Source of the DNA: Candidatus Nomurabacteria bacterium
Lineage (GTDB): Bacteria; Patescibacteriota; Minisyncoccia; Phycocordibacterales; UBA9973
Assembly: GCA_023267215.1 (NCBI GenBank)
Contig: JAHFNS010000002.1
Location: 32,149-96,148, forward strand
Direction of reading: 5' to 3'
Length of the DNA: 64,000 bases
The stretch's first letter is position 1. Every line of letters begins with the position of its first letter. A model generated the notes under the pieces. The model ran no database searches. It was not told the origin of the DNA and saw only the letters and a program-made list of their open reading frames with translations. Position numbers and translations under genes: made by a program. This document shows, in pieces, positions 31,189 through 44,097 of this stretch.

Positions 31189-34125
31189 CTACTTATAAAT
31201 CTCTGCCATTTTGCAATACTCACATTCAGTATTTTTACCGTAAGAATTATAATTACAAGGTCTGTTGATCCATCCGCCTTCTCTTAAAAGAGAATCATAG
31301 TCTTTAATATCTTCTACTAGTAAAACGATTTGCTCTGGTTGTATTTTTGTATTATAAAAAGCATCTTTTTTATCTTTAGCCTCCAAAAATTCCAATCTAG
31401 ATTCAGAAACTTTTACTTTCCATTTAGGACTTTGTTCTAAAAGATAAGAATACATGGAAAGCTGGCGCATTAAGTTGCTCATTCTACCCTCTTCATTCAT
31501 TTTTTCTATTTCGCTTTTCTTTTTAGCACTACCAGTTTTAAAATCTGTCACTCTTATATTTTCTTTATCCAATTTTTCTATTAAATCAATTTTTCCATAA
31601 ATATTCAAATGTGGAAAACGGTCATCTGTTATAGACACCGGCTGTTCATTTTCTCTATCTTTATTTATATCTCCTAAACGATCATCCATCCATTTCAAAA
31701 CAATTTGTAATGCTTCTTTATCTTCTCCTACAATATCAGTTATTTCTTTTTTTGTTATTTTCTTGTTTTGTTTTAAGATATAGTCGATGGCTTTATGCAC
31801 TCTATCACCCACCTCTAAGCTTTCACTCTTCGCTTCTGGTAATTGAAGTAAATTTCTGAAATACCATTTCCAAGGACATTCAAAAAAATTATTAAGCAAA
31901 GATACTGAGACTTTACGTTCCTCATATTCATTACTTACTAATTTTACTAATTCTTTCAAACCCATACTTTCATGTTTCCAGTCTTTCTTTTCTATATATG
32001 CTTTAGGATTGTGGGCAAGAATTATTTTTTCTGTTTCATCAGCATTTTGTTTAGAAAATATTTCATCGGGAAGATCCCTAATAATGTAAGCTAGTTCTAG
32101 CTCTGCCCCAGTATAAGAGTGCAGAGCGTACGAAATTATACAAAATCTTTTCGCCCGAGTAATAGCGACATACAATTCTCTCTTGGCTGTCTCAATATCT
32201 TTCTTTTCAATCTTTTCTAAAATAGACTCGGGCAATGTGAAGGCTTGTTTCTTGCCAGACATCAACGATTTCTCATTCATGTGAGCAATAAAAACTGTAT
32301 CAAATTCTAAACCTTTAGAGCCATGCAAGGTAAGAACCTTTACTCCTTCATCAGCAGAAAACACAGCAAGTGGTATATGTTCTCCATAAGCTTCTAAGCG
32401 TTCAATAAAATTTACAAAACTCTTAAGGGTAAGTTTTTTATTTCTTTCACTTTGAGATAAAGCTAGATGTAAAAATGTTCTTACGACTTCCACTCTCTCC
32501 ACAAGCTCCTCGTGATTTTTCACATTAGTAAGAAAAAAGTCGTCTGCTATTTTTTGAACGATACTGTAGACTTTCATATCTTTAGATAGAAGAAGCCAAG
32601 AACGTAATTTGTTAAACCAATTTTCGACAGGAGAATCAATTTCAAAAAGACTTTGTTTGTTATCTTTTGCTTCTAAAGAAATACTTCTCATATTATTTTC
32701 TCTGGCAAATTTATGCGCTAAGATCGGAGGAATATTTGAAAATTTATCAAATATGGATTCTGCTATAGTAACACTATCATAAGGATCAGAAATGATTTTA
32801 AAAATTCGTAATAGTGCTATAGTTTCTTCTTTCTCAAAAAAATCTATTGAAATATTGGCAGATATAGGAACACCCATATCTCGTAAAATAGAAATTGCAC
32901 TGCGTACCTGCTTGTTTTTTGGCACCAATATAGCAATATGATTTGGGTCTATGCCAGATTTTATTTTTTCTTTGATTTCAATACCACAAGAAATAATCTC
33001 ATCTCTTTCATACGAAGCTTCAACGAGACGAATAGGATACTCTTCCTTACTCTGACTTTTTAATTTCTCGGAATTTACTTTACTCTCTAGTAATACATGT
33101 GAAGCGTCCAGAATGACTTGGGTAGATCTATAATTGTCTATCAAGGTAATCAATTTTGCTTTACCAAAATAATTTTTAAAACCTTCAAAATAAGCAAGAG
33201 ATGCACCTCCAAAACCATAAATGAGCTGACGATCATCCCCTACCACAAATATATTCGGCATATCGACATCACCCCAGACAACCTTTAAAAATTCATTTTG
33301 TACACCACTCGAATCTTGATGTTCGTCAATTAAAACATATAAATATTGCTCTTTGATGTTAGCCTTTACATCTTCCGATATTTCTACTATACGTACCAAA
33401 TTTTCTAGGATATCATCATAGTCTAAAAATTCTTGTTCTTTTTTTGCCTTCTCATAAAGTTCATAAAACTTTACAACTTCCAGTGTTCTGTTTAATCCTT
33501 CTATTTTTTTAATTATATCTTTCTTCAGTTCTCCTTTTGTCTCTCCCCTTGAAGAAATACTATTAGGATCATTTTCCAATTTTTTTATTTCTTCATTTAT
33601 TTGATCTCTAAAAAACTGAGGAGTCATACGTTCACGCTTCAAAAGAGAAATTAGTGATTTTAAATCAAAAAAATACTTTGAGGAATCGCCTCTAGGACGA
33701 ATATATTGCCAGTCGTTTTCTTCTAAAATGCTATCGCAAAGTGTAATGGCATCTTTTTCGTCAAGCAATTTGGGTGGAGAAATGAAATCTAAAATAGCAT
33801 AATTCTCTTCGAGAATTTTCATCCCAAAACTATGGAAAGTAGAGATGTTTACCTTTGAACTTTCTTTGCCAATATAGGTACGCAATCTCTTTTTCATGGC
33901 AGTTACACCTGCGTTCGTAAAAGTAAGACACAAAATACCATCAGATTCAGTAGTACCTTTTTTTAGAATATTACCTATTCTTAAAGCTAATATTTGAGTT
34001 TTACCTGTGCCTGGACCTGCTACAACCATCACTGGACCGTCTATAGTATCCACAGCTTCTTTTTGGGCCTTATTAAGCTTCTTGTATTCTTCTTCAAATA
34101 TATTATTATCTTTAGTCATTAACAT
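31189..34125 (-). CDS. UvrD/PcrA-like helicase fused to a PD-(D/E)XK nuclease
   Basis: AGPGTGKT, IDEHQD, VGDDRQLIYGF, LHGSKGLEF, YVAITRA; C-terminal GKIDL and DFKTG. Confidence 0.9.
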   Translation of the reverse strand: MLMTKDNNIFEEEYKKLNKAQKEAVDTIDGPVMVVAGPGTGKTQILALRIGNILKKGTTESDGILCLTFTNAGVTAMKKRLRTYIGKESSKVNISTFHSFGMKILEENYAILDFISPPKLLDEKDAITLCDSILEENDWQYIRPRGDSSKYFFDLKSLISLLKRERMTPQFFRDQINEEIKKLENDPNSISSRGETKGELKKDIIKKIEGLNRTLEVVKFYELYEKAKKEQEFLDYDDILENLVRIVEISEDVKANIKEQYLYVLIDEHQDSSGVQNEFLKVVWGDVDMPNIFVVGDDRQLIYGFGGASLAYFEGFKNYFGKAKLITLIDNYRSTQVILDASHVLLESKVNSEKLKSQSKEEYPIRLVEASYERDEIISCGIEIKEKIKSGIDPNHIAILVPKNKQVRSAISILRDMGVPISANISIDFFEKEETIALLRIFKIISDPYDSVTIAESIFDKFSNIPPILAHKFARENNMRSISLEAKDNKQSLFEIDSPVENWFNKLRSWLLLSKDMKVYSIVQKIADDFFLTNVKNHEELVERVEVVRTFLHLALSQSERNKKLTLKSFVNFIERLEAYGEHIPLAVFSADEGVKVLTLHGSKGLEFDTVFIAHMNEKSLMSGKKQAFTLPESILEKIEKKDIETAKRELYVAITRAKRFCIISYALHSYTGAELELAYIIRDLPDEIFSKQNADETEKIILAHNPKAYIEKKDWKHESMGLKELVKLVSNEYEERKVSVSLLNNFFECPWKWYFRNLLQLPEAKSESLEVGDRVHKAIDYILKQNKKITKKEITDIVGEDKEALQIVLKWMDDRLGDINKDRENEQPVSITDDRFPHLNIYGKIDLIEKLDKENIRVTDFKTGSAKKKSEIEKMNEEGRMSNLMRQLSMYSYLLEQSPKWKVKVSESRLEFLEAKDKKDAFYNTKIQPEQIVLLVEDIKDYDSLLREGGWINRPCNYNSYGKNTECEYCKMAEIYK

Positions 34126-34129
34126 TATT

Positions 34130-35050
34130 TTATATCTTTTTAGGAAAAATAACAGATAAAATCATTGACGAACAAAGTGCAAACATTATAACTCCAAACG
34201 AAATAAAAGAAGACAAATGAATTCCGAAAATGGGGAAAAACATTTTTAACCCTATAAAAACTAAGATAATCGCAAGACCTTTTTGTAAATAGTGAAAATG
34301 ATGTAATACATTTTCAATTAGGAAAAACAAGGCTCGTAAACCCATAATCGCAAAAATATTTGAAGTAAATACAACAAATGAATTTTGGGAAATAGCAAAT
34401 ACTGCTGGTATAGAATCAACAGCAAAAATAATGTCAGTTACTTCTACTAATAGAACAACCATAAATAGTAAAGTAAAGTAAAATTTTCCATTCTCTCTAA
34501 AAAAGAATCTGCCACCATGAGGACTAGAAGTAAAAGGTAAAATTTTATGTGCAAGTTTTATTACTTTATTATTTTTAAAATCAATATGTTCTTCTTTTTT
34601 ATCTAGTAACAATTTTATACCTGTATAAAGCAATATTGCTCCAAAAATATACAAAACCCAAAAAAACTGATGTACAAGATAAGCACCAGCTGCAATAAAA
34701 ATAGCACGAAAAATAATAGCCCCGAAAATACCCCAAAACAAAACTTTATGATGATAAATTTCTTCTAATTTGAAATAACTAAAAATTAAAATAATAACAA
34801 AAAGATTATCTACAGAAAGCATTTTCTCTGTAACATATGCACTAAAAAATTCAATAGCTGTTTCTTTATTAAGAAATTGAAAAATCAAAAGACCAAAAAC
34901 CAGAGAAATTAATACCCAAAAAAGTGATTGATATAATGCTTCCTTATATCCAATCTTATGACTTTTCCTATTTAAAAAACCAAGGTCCACGATTAAAAAA
35001 CCAACGACTATAACACCAAAAAGTATTGTTAATTTTGTTTGAATGTCCAT
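34130..35050 (-). CDS. TerC/Alx-family membrane protein
   Basis: EKMLSVDNLFV, DIIFAVDSIPA, SNIFAIMGLR. Confidence 0.93.
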   Translation of the reverse strand: MDIQTKLTILFGVIVVGFLIVDLGFLNRKSHKIGYKEALYQSLFWVLISLVFGLLIFQFLNKETAIEFFSAYVTEKMLSVDNLFVIILIFSYFKLEEIYHHKVLFWGIFGAIIFRAIFIAAGAYLVHQFFWVLYIFGAILLYTGIKLLLDKKEEHIDFKNNKVIKLAHKILPFTSSPHGGRFFFRENGKFYFTLLFMVVLLVEVTDIIFAVDSIPAVFAISQNSFVVFTSNIFAIMGLRALFFLIENVLHHFHYLQKGLAIILVFIGLKMFFPIFGIHLSSFISFGVIMFALCSSMILSVIFPKKI

Positions 35051-35057
35051 TTAAATT

Positions 35058-35456
35058 TTATTCCGTTGTTATACCATCAAACTCTGGACCGTCAGCTTCT
35101 GCTTCCGCTTTAGTTGCCCGCACTATCCCATCTTTATGATGAGCTGGAGAATAGATAGTATAAAGTTTCAAATCTTCTGTGCTAGAAGTATTAATGATAT
35201 TATGTTCTGCACCAGATGGAACAATAATGACAGAACCATCACCTAAAACATATTCATTGCCATCAATAATACATTTCCCTTCTCCTTTTTCAAAACGGAA
35301 AAATTGATCATTCTCAGTGTGTACCTCCATACCTATCTCCTCATTTGGCTTTAAACTCATCAAAACCAATTGACTATGTTTGCCGGTGTATAAAACTTTA
35401 CGAAAATTTGTATTCTCTATTGTTTCTTTCTCTATGTTTGTATTAAATCCTTTCAT
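35058..35456 (-). CDS. Cupin-domain protein
   Basis: QLVLMSL, EIGMEVH, DQFFRFE, VPSGAEHNIIN. Confidence 0.9.
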   Translation of the reverse strand: MKGFNTNIEKETIENTNFRKVLYTGKHSQLVLMSLKPNEEIGMEVHTENDQFFRFEKGEGKCIIDGNEYVLGDGSVIIVPSGAEHNIINTSSTEDLKLYTIYSPAHHKDGIVRATKAEAEADGPEFDGITTE

Positions 35457-35500
35457 ATAATTTTTTTATTAATTAATAAACTATCCGACTTATATTAATT

Positions 35501-36283
35501 TTACCATATTTTGGTTCTTTTTATTGAAAAAGCTAAAGACGGTATTTTGAGCTTATTTCCTAATGTGTTTGCAATAGTCCTCACATACGTACCACTACTA
35601 CATTTAGTCTTAAATTTAGCTACTAAGAATTCTCTTTTATTTTCTGTTTGTAATTCTTTCTTCCAAATCTTTAAAATTTCATCCTGCCTGAAATTCCCTT
35701 TCACTTTTTTAATCCTCTTTTCTATATTTTCAAACAATTTCTTGTTGTCTGTGCTTCTTATTTTCTCTAATTTTAATTTTTTAATAAAAATTTTTCTTTC
35801 TGGAACTTCCACCTCTTCCCCATTTCTGGCATAAGCAAACAATGGTTTGCCTTTTACTGTCTTCGAAGAATACATGGGGTACTTCTGCACACTTTCACCT
35901 AAAAAACTTTTTAAATTCTTTTTTATTTCCCCTTCTAAATTTTTTACATCTACGCCATGGCGTAGATTGGTTTTTGTTATATTCTGTTTATTTATCACCT
36001 TCCCTAAAATGTCATAAGTATCAGTACTAAAACCAAAAAGTACTTCGAATTCATATTCTTTCTCTTTCATCAAATATTTTTCTTTGTTTTTTGTTTCCTC
36101 TTCTGTAAGAATTAATAAAACCCCGCTTGCCATAGGATCCAGTCTACCAGCATAAGTCATGGGCACATCTAAATACTTAGGATTTTTCTTGCGAAAATTC
36201 TCCATCGCTTCAAGTGGAGTTTCTCCTTCTTTTTTATTTAAAGTAATTACTTTTTTCACAAGATAATAAATTTCAGAAACCAA
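35501..36283 (-). CDS. truB: tRNA pseudouridine-55 synthase-like protein
   Basis: YAGRLDPMASGVL, TDTYDILG, CSSGTYVR. Confidence 0.85.
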   Translation of the reverse strand: MVSEIYYLVKKVITLNKKEGETPLEAMENFRKKNPKYLDVPMTYAGRLDPMASGVLLILTEEETKNKEKYLMKEKEYEFEVLFGFSTDTYDILGKVINKQNITKTNLRHGVDVKNLEGEIKKNLKSFLGESVQKYPMYSSKTVKGKPLFAYARNGEEVEVPERKIFIKKLKLEKIRSTDNKKLFENIEKRIKKVKGNFRQDEILKIWKKELQTENKREFLVAKFKTKCSSGTYVRTIANTLGNKLKIPSLAFSIKRTKIW

Positions 36284-37019
36284 ACAAAAGTTTTACACCT
36301 AATATGGTACCAATAATTACAAACATTATTTTAATAAATTTATTACCTTTATACTTTGCATATCGCGAACCTATATATCCCCCAATGAGAGATCCAATTA
36401 TAGTAGGTATCATAATTTCTAAACTAAAATATCCTTTAGAAAGAAACATTACTATAGCAAGAACTTCCCATGGAAAGACTACTGAATAGTAATAACCGAG
36501 AGCATCAACAAAATCAAAACCTTTTGTTTCTAAAGTTACTATTGAAAATAGTATTCCATTACCAGAGCCAAAAAATCCTTCATAAAACCCTAAAATTAAT
36601 CCAAAAAAATAAGCGACAGATTGTTTGAGTTTTGAATAAACTTTCTTTTCTGATAAACCAACATCTTTTTTAAGAAGCACATATATTACCAAACTTAATA
36701 TCAATATTCCTACAATTATCCCAGCAGTTCTCTGATTAATAGAAAATACGATTAATGTTCCAAAATAAACACCTATTAATCCAATAAGACTAAAAATAGA
36801 TAAAAACTTCCAATCAATTTTCCTATCCTTAAGATAATTACGAGAAGCTGGTAAAACCCAAAAAATTGAACTTATTTTTTGTGCTGCTGTCGCTAAAGGA
36901 AAAGATATACCCAACGAGAGCAACACTGGAATATTTATTACAGATGCTCCACCACCAGACATCGAACTCAATGAAGTAGCAATAATGGATACCACTAAAA
37001 TAATAAAAAAGGTTAACAT
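36273..37019 (-). CDS. TauE/SafE sulfite-exporter-family membrane protein
   Basis: SGGGAS...P motif, GFYEGFFGSGNG, about 8 TM segments. Confidence 0.85.
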   Translation of the reverse strand: MLTFFIILVVSIIATSLSSMSGGGASVINIPVLLSLGISFPLATAAQKISSIFWVLPASRNYLKDRKIDWKFLSIFSLIGLIGVYFGTLIVFSINQRTAGIIVGILILSLVIYVLLKKDVGLSEKKVYSKLKQSVAYFFGLILGFYEGFFGSGNGILFSIVTLETKGFDFVDALGYYYSVVFPWEVLAIVMFLSKGYFSLEIMIPTIIGSLIGGYIGSRYAKYKGNKFIKIMFVIIGTILGVKLLFGF

Positions 37020-37067
37020 TAACTTATATTATACTTTTTTATTAAAATAAGGTAAATTAGAGTGTGA

Positions 37068-37152
37068 GGAGGCGTCGCATAGCGGTCTAGTGCGCAGACC
37101 TGGAAAGTCTGTGTGGGGAAACCCACCGAGAGTTCGAATCTCTCCGCCTCCG
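37068..37152 (+). tRNA. tRNA-Ser (GGA), CCA not encoded
   Basis: Acceptor stem GGAGGCG/CGCCTCC, anticodon arm CAGAC-CTGGAAA-GTCTG, long variable arm, T arm GAGAG-TTCGAAT-CTCTC. Confidence 0.96.
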
Positions 37153-37173
37153 CAGTAAGTATTTAGTATCGGC

Positions 37174-37728
37174 ATGGCTCACGTGCCTAAAATCATGAAT
37201 AATCAACAAACAACAGTAATTTTATTCAGAGGTCGTCCTGGTGTTGGAAAGACGACTATTTCAAATGCTTTTGCCACTGAAAGAGAAATTCCCATTCTAC
37301 GAAAAGATGATATTTATGATATCTCTGCACTTTATATTAGTGACCATAAAACTCGAAATAAAATAAGTTATGATTCAATGTTTAAAATACTTGAGACTAA
37401 TTCTTTGTTTAATACTCAAATAGTGCTTGATTTTCCTTTTAATAAAGAAGGGGAAATAAAAAATTTATATGATTGGTGTAATAACCACAACATGAGATTG
37501 ATTTCAGCATTGGTTATTTGTTCTGATAGAAAAATTTGGGAGTCTCGTTTTAATAAAAGATCTGAAAATCCTACACCGAATCAATTAATTACAAATCTGA
37601 ACGAATTAGAAAAACATTATGGCGATTTAAATGTTACTTCTTTAAAAGACGAAATTGTTCTAGACACAATCAATTCTACTGAAGATATTTTAAAACAACT
37701 TGAAACTCACATACCTAAATTCCAGTAG
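37174..37728 (+). CDS. P-loop kinase (AAA_33-like)
   Basis: GRPGVGKTT Walker A, LRKDDI, VLDT. Confidence 0.75.
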   Translation: MAHVPKIMNNQQTTVILFRGRPGVGKTTISNAFATEREIPILRKDDIYDISALYISDHKTRNKISYDSMFKILETNSLFNTQIVLDFPFNKEGEIKNLYDWCNNHNMRLISALVICSDRKIWESRFNKRSENPTPNQLITNLNELEKHYGDLNVTSLKDEIVLDTINSTEDILKQLETHIPKFQ

Positions 37729-37796
37729 TCAAAATATACTAGAATACCCTTAATGGGGCTTGTACCTCTGGGTACTGAACTCACCAACACCGCCAA

Positions 37797-38327
37797 TTAA
37801 ATTTTGGCTAATTCTTGTTTAGAATAATTAAGTGAAAAAAATTCTTTAGACACGAGCCACTTATTTATAAGTGGACTTAATGTAAGAGCAAAACCAATAT
37901 TCCCTGCTAAATGAAGAGCAGTAAAAGGAATCTGCATAACAAGAGCATTTAATATTGTCTGTCCCCACATTGGAGCAAATAAAACTCCAGTTATTAAGTC
38001 AAAGAAAATTGTCGCAAAGAATGCAAATACTGCAAAATTTAATATAGATGATTTAAATCTATTAAAATAAAAAAATGAAGCAAGACCAACAAATCCATAA
38101 GTAATACCTGCTGTCCAACTCCAAGCTCCAAAATGAGTTAAAACGTCATAAAGAAAGATACTTAAAAACCCAAAAGCAAAGCCCGATAGAGCCCCAAATC
38201 TACGTCCTAGAGGCATAATAGAAGCCATTATAGGTTCAACATTAGGTGCTCTTAAAGGAATTAATCTAAAAAGTAGACATCCAGTAAATACTATAAAAAT
38301 TTTAAATTTATTTTTCATATTTCCCAT
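37797..38327 (-). CDS. ECF transporter S-component-like membrane protein
   Basis: RAPNVEPI and IPFTALHLAGN motifs, about 5-6 TM segments. Confidence 0.7.
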   Translation of the reverse strand: MGNMKNKFKIFIVFTGCLLFRLIPLRAPNVEPIMASIMPLGRRFGALSGFAFGFLSIFLYDVLTHFGAWSWTAGITYGFVGLASFFYFNRFKSSILNFAVFAFFATIFFDLITGVLFAPMWGQTILNALVMQIPFTALHLAGNIGFALTLSPLINKWLVSKEFFSLNYSKQELAKI

Positions 38328-38333
38328 GGAATT

Positions 38334-40979
<2,646 letters not shown>

Positions 40980-40992
<13 letters not shown>

Positions 40993-41459
40993 TTAAATAA
41001 AACTTCTGACAAAGTTATATTATAAGACCTGCCTATTTGATTCCAAGAAACAGTCGAGGAAATTTTCACTTCATTACTATTTATAATAGTTTTTTCCATC
41101 GTACGAGTAAAATTATTATTGTTGTTAAAAGGCATTGGATTAACATTTTCTATATCAGCCATACTAGCATCCCTAAAAGAAGACCAAGTGCGTCCGGTAG
41201 TGTTTGTAAATAAAACGTAGTTATCACGCATATTTCTAAGATATTCAACTCCCTCTTGGGCTAAATAAATAGCTGCTATTCTATTTTTAGCATATTGTGT
41301 ATTAGGAATATTCTGAGACATAAATGACATTACGGCTATAATAGATAAAGAAAAAATAGAAATAGAAACAAGAGTTTCGACTAGAGTAAAACCCCTACTT
41401 TGTCTTAACTTCGCAGAGCGAGCATTATTTTTTTGTTTAAAAAAATTTTTCATTTTCAT
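40980..41459 (-). CDS. Minor pilin, PilV-like
   Basis: RGFTLVETLVSI, LAQEGVEYLRN. Confidence 0.8.
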
Positions 41460-42058
41460 TAAAGTGAATTGTCTATTAATCGTTCCGAAACTGAAGTTTG
41501 TAAAGAAAAAGGAGTGACTACATTATTTTCTGAAGTTATCGTACCTGACAATCTAATAGTTACAAAAGGTTGTTCAAAATCATCCGGCTGTTTCAATGCA
41601 CCAAATACTGAAAAGCTAGAAGAAACTGAATCAATTTTAATTTCCGGAGTAGTAAGAGTTATAAAAGTACCATCTGTCCCAGCATCAGAAGATTTTTGGA
41701 TACTGCCATCGGGAAAAATTGCATATACTAATTGATTGCCAAAAGAAGATTTGAAAGAAATACCGCTCCCGCCAGTGGTGCAATTATGAAGAGAAATAGC
41801 AGTAAGATTTCCGTCATCTATACAATGATAATCGTATCCCGTTCGTAAGTTTCTAGAAATATCTTCCATCACAAAACTTAAACTATCCATAATAGAACGC
41901 ATATCTTGAGATTTTTTATGAATCAAACTAGAATTTAACAACGAACCCATTCCAAACATAACCACCACTAAAAAAAGAGAAATAGCAATCATCGTTTCTA
42001 TAATCGTATATCCTGTATTTATCCGCCTAAATTTTTTTAATTTATATTTTTTTATCAT
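41459..42058 (-). CDS. Minor pilin, PilW-like
   Basis: GYTIIETMIAI prepilin motif. Confidence 0.8.
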   Translation of the reverse strand: MIKKYKLKKFRRINTGYTIIETMIAISLFLVVVMFGMGSLLNSSLIHKKSQDMRSIMDSLSFVMEDISRNLRTGYDYHCIDDGNLTAISLHNCTTGGSGISFKSSFGNQLVYAIFPDGSIQKSSDAGTDGTFITLTTPEIKIDSVSSSFSVFGALKQPDDFEQPFVTIRLSGTITSENNVVTPFSLQTSVSERLIDNSL

Positions 42059-42091
42059 TATATTTTATATTATTTAAAAAATTTTGGCAGA

Positions 42092-42679
42092 TTAATTAAT
42101 TTGGATTCTACCTGAAGGGTATACTTTTATTTTAGCATTAAGTAACTGTGGAGAAGAAATGCTTATTTGAACATAAAAAATATTACATAATAAAGCCGGA
42201 TCAGAAGTAATGATAGCAGAAGAATTCGGACGTTTAAAAACTATATTTAAATTATTTACAGTCGCTGGACATCCATCTCCGATAATTCCTAACTCTGACA
42301 CATAATCCCCTTTGGTAATAGAAATTCTATCTAAACATTCTCCAGAACAACTAAGATCTCTGTAATAAGCATCAGCATTAAGATCAGTAAAATAAATAAA
42401 ATTTTTCTTATTAGTATCATTAGAAGTATTAAAATTGATACCATAAGATGGTTTCCAATCGAGAGGTGCATTAGTATTCCACAGCCCAGCCATAGAAGAT
42501 TTTTGAGCTTCCACTATTTTTAAAGCAATATCATTTGCTAAAACCTTTATATTTACTTTTTCTTCAAATTTTCCATAATTAAAAATCACAATAGAGGTCA
42601 TAACCGAAAAAATACTGAGAACTACTATCAGTTCCACATAGGTCATTCCTGCCTGATAATTACGAAATTTTTTAACCAT
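42092..42679 (-). CDS. Minor pilin, FimT/FimU-like
   Basis: AGMTYVELIVVL prepilin motif. Confidence 0.78.
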   Translation of the reverse strand: MVKKFRNYQAGMTYVELIVVLSIFSVMTSIVIFNYGKFEEKVNIKVLANDIALKIVEAQKSSMAGLWNTNAPLDWKPSYGINFNTSNDTNKKNFIYFTDLNADAYYRDLSCSGECLDRISITKGDYVSELGIIGDGCPATVNNLNIVFKRPNSSAIITSDPALLCNIFYVQISISSPQLLNAKIKVYPSGRIQIN

Positions 42680-42685
42680 TTTTTA

Positions 42686-43477
42686 TTAGAAACTAACTGA
42701 AAAAAGACTTAATTCGAAAAAGAAAGCCAGTAATACTCCTAAAACTAAAAACGGAGCAAAAGGAATCTCACTTTTCATTTTATGCTTTTTAGAAAAAATT
42801 ATAAGAATAATTCCAATTAATGCCCCTGACCAAAAAGCTAAAACGACTCCAGAAAATAATCGCGTATATCCAAGCAACCATCCTAGGCCTAAGGCTAATT
42901 TTCCATCTCCTAAGCCCATCCAAGTACCTTTAGATACAAGCCATAAAAGGACAAAAGGTAAAGCTAGTAATACTCCTGATAAAAATTCAGAAATAGGCGG
43001 AATATGTGGATAAAATAAATAATTACTGAAAAAGAATAAACCTATAAAAGCTATAACACCAAAAACGATAGAAAATGTATCGGGTATTATTTTATGCTTG
43101 TAGTCATAAACAGCAATTACTAACAGAAGTGAAAATAGTGTTGCATAATAGGCATAAGAAATAGAAAAAACAAGAGTATTGATATAAAAAACATCTTGAA
43201 ATTTCAAAAACAATCCAGCAAAAATGATACCTGAAATTATTTCTACTATGGGATATTGAAGTGAGATTTTCGTTTTACATTTTAAACATTTACCACCAAG
43301 TACTAGAAAACTAATCAAAGGTATAAGTTCGTAGAAGCGGAGTTCTTTTTTGCAAGTCAAACATCCACTTCTCCCTCCAAAATTACGTCCAGTATTGAAC
43401 CTAAAAATAACGACATTCAAAAAGCTGCCAATGATAAGCCCTAGGACAAAAAAAACTATCGTTAAAAAAAGATTCAT
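42686..43477 (-). CDS. pilD: Prepilin peptidase
   Basis: GSFLNVVIFR, CxxC pairs, MGLGDGKL, IPFAPFL. Confidence 0.93.
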   Translation of the reverse strand: MNLFLTIVFFVLGLIIGSFLNVVIFRFNTGRNFGGRSGCLTCKKELRFYELIPLISFLVLGGKCLKCKTKISLQYPIVEIISGIIFAGLFLKFQDVFYINTLVFSISYAYYATLFSLLLVIAVYDYKHKIIPDTFSIVFGVIAFIGLFFFSNYLFYPHIPPISEFLSGVLLALPFVLLWLVSKGTWMGLGDGKLALGLGWLLGYTRLFSGVVLAFWSGALIGIILIIFSKKHKMKSEIPFAPFLVLGVLLAFFFELSLFSVSF

Positions 43478-43483
43478 AACTAA

Positions 43484-43975
43484 TTATGGGCATTGTGTAA
43501 CATTTGATCCAAGACTTGTAGATTCTTTTGAAGCACCTGACGAATCAACACACCATCCACCACCAGTTAAACCTCCATTTGTAGTAGCAGTAGGATCTTT
43601 CAAAGATACAATCGCTGCCCAACCAGTTGTACTATCGTGACAAACTGCTGCTCCTGTCCCCCCTGAAGCACTATAAGTAAAACCTATAGTATCTCCACCA
43701 ACTGCTTGGCCTGGAGCAAGTTTTGCAGCTGAACTTGTTATCATTGGAGCAATATTGTTAGTTCCAGAAGTACATACATTGTCATAAGATGCAGCTAAAT
43801 CAAAAAACAATTCTGCTTGAGCTCGGGCATTACTTAAACCTGCCTTTATGGCGGTATCTGTACCTTTTGTTCTAGCAGTGTTTAAAGATGCCAAAACAAC
43901 TGAAGCCAAAACTCCAATAATAGCAACCACAACCAAAAGTTCAATCAACGTAAAACCTCTTTTAAAATTTTTCAT
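43484..43975 (-). CDS. pilA: Major type IV pilin (start probably ATG 43975)
   Basis: KRGFTLIELLVVVAIIGVLASVVL; C-terminal WCVDS...C. Confidence 0.88.
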   Translation of the reverse strand: MKNFKRGFTLIELLVVVAIIGVLASVVLASLNTARTKGTDTAIKAGLSNARAQAELFFDLAASYDNVCTSGTNNIAPMITSSAAKLAPGQAVGGDTIGFTYSASGGTGAAVCHDSTTGWAAIVSLKDPTATTNGGLTGGGWCVDSSGASKESTSLGSNVTQCP

Positions 43976-44097
43976 ATTACATTCCATATCCTATTTTTTT
44001 AGGATAAATTAATTAATAAAATAATAATTTCGACTTATTTTTTATATCCTTATATTATAACTTCTCCAATCATCTAAAAGCAATAAGGTTATCCACA

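Noticed and set aside
37068-37796. Integrative island at tRNA-Ser
   Set aside because: No integrase and no duplicated tRNA 3' end found; only one kinase-like gene follows.
37741-37796. Riboswitch for the ECF S-component gene
   Set aside because: The small hairpins lie downstream of the gene, between convergent ORFs, and match no riboswitch consensus I recognise.
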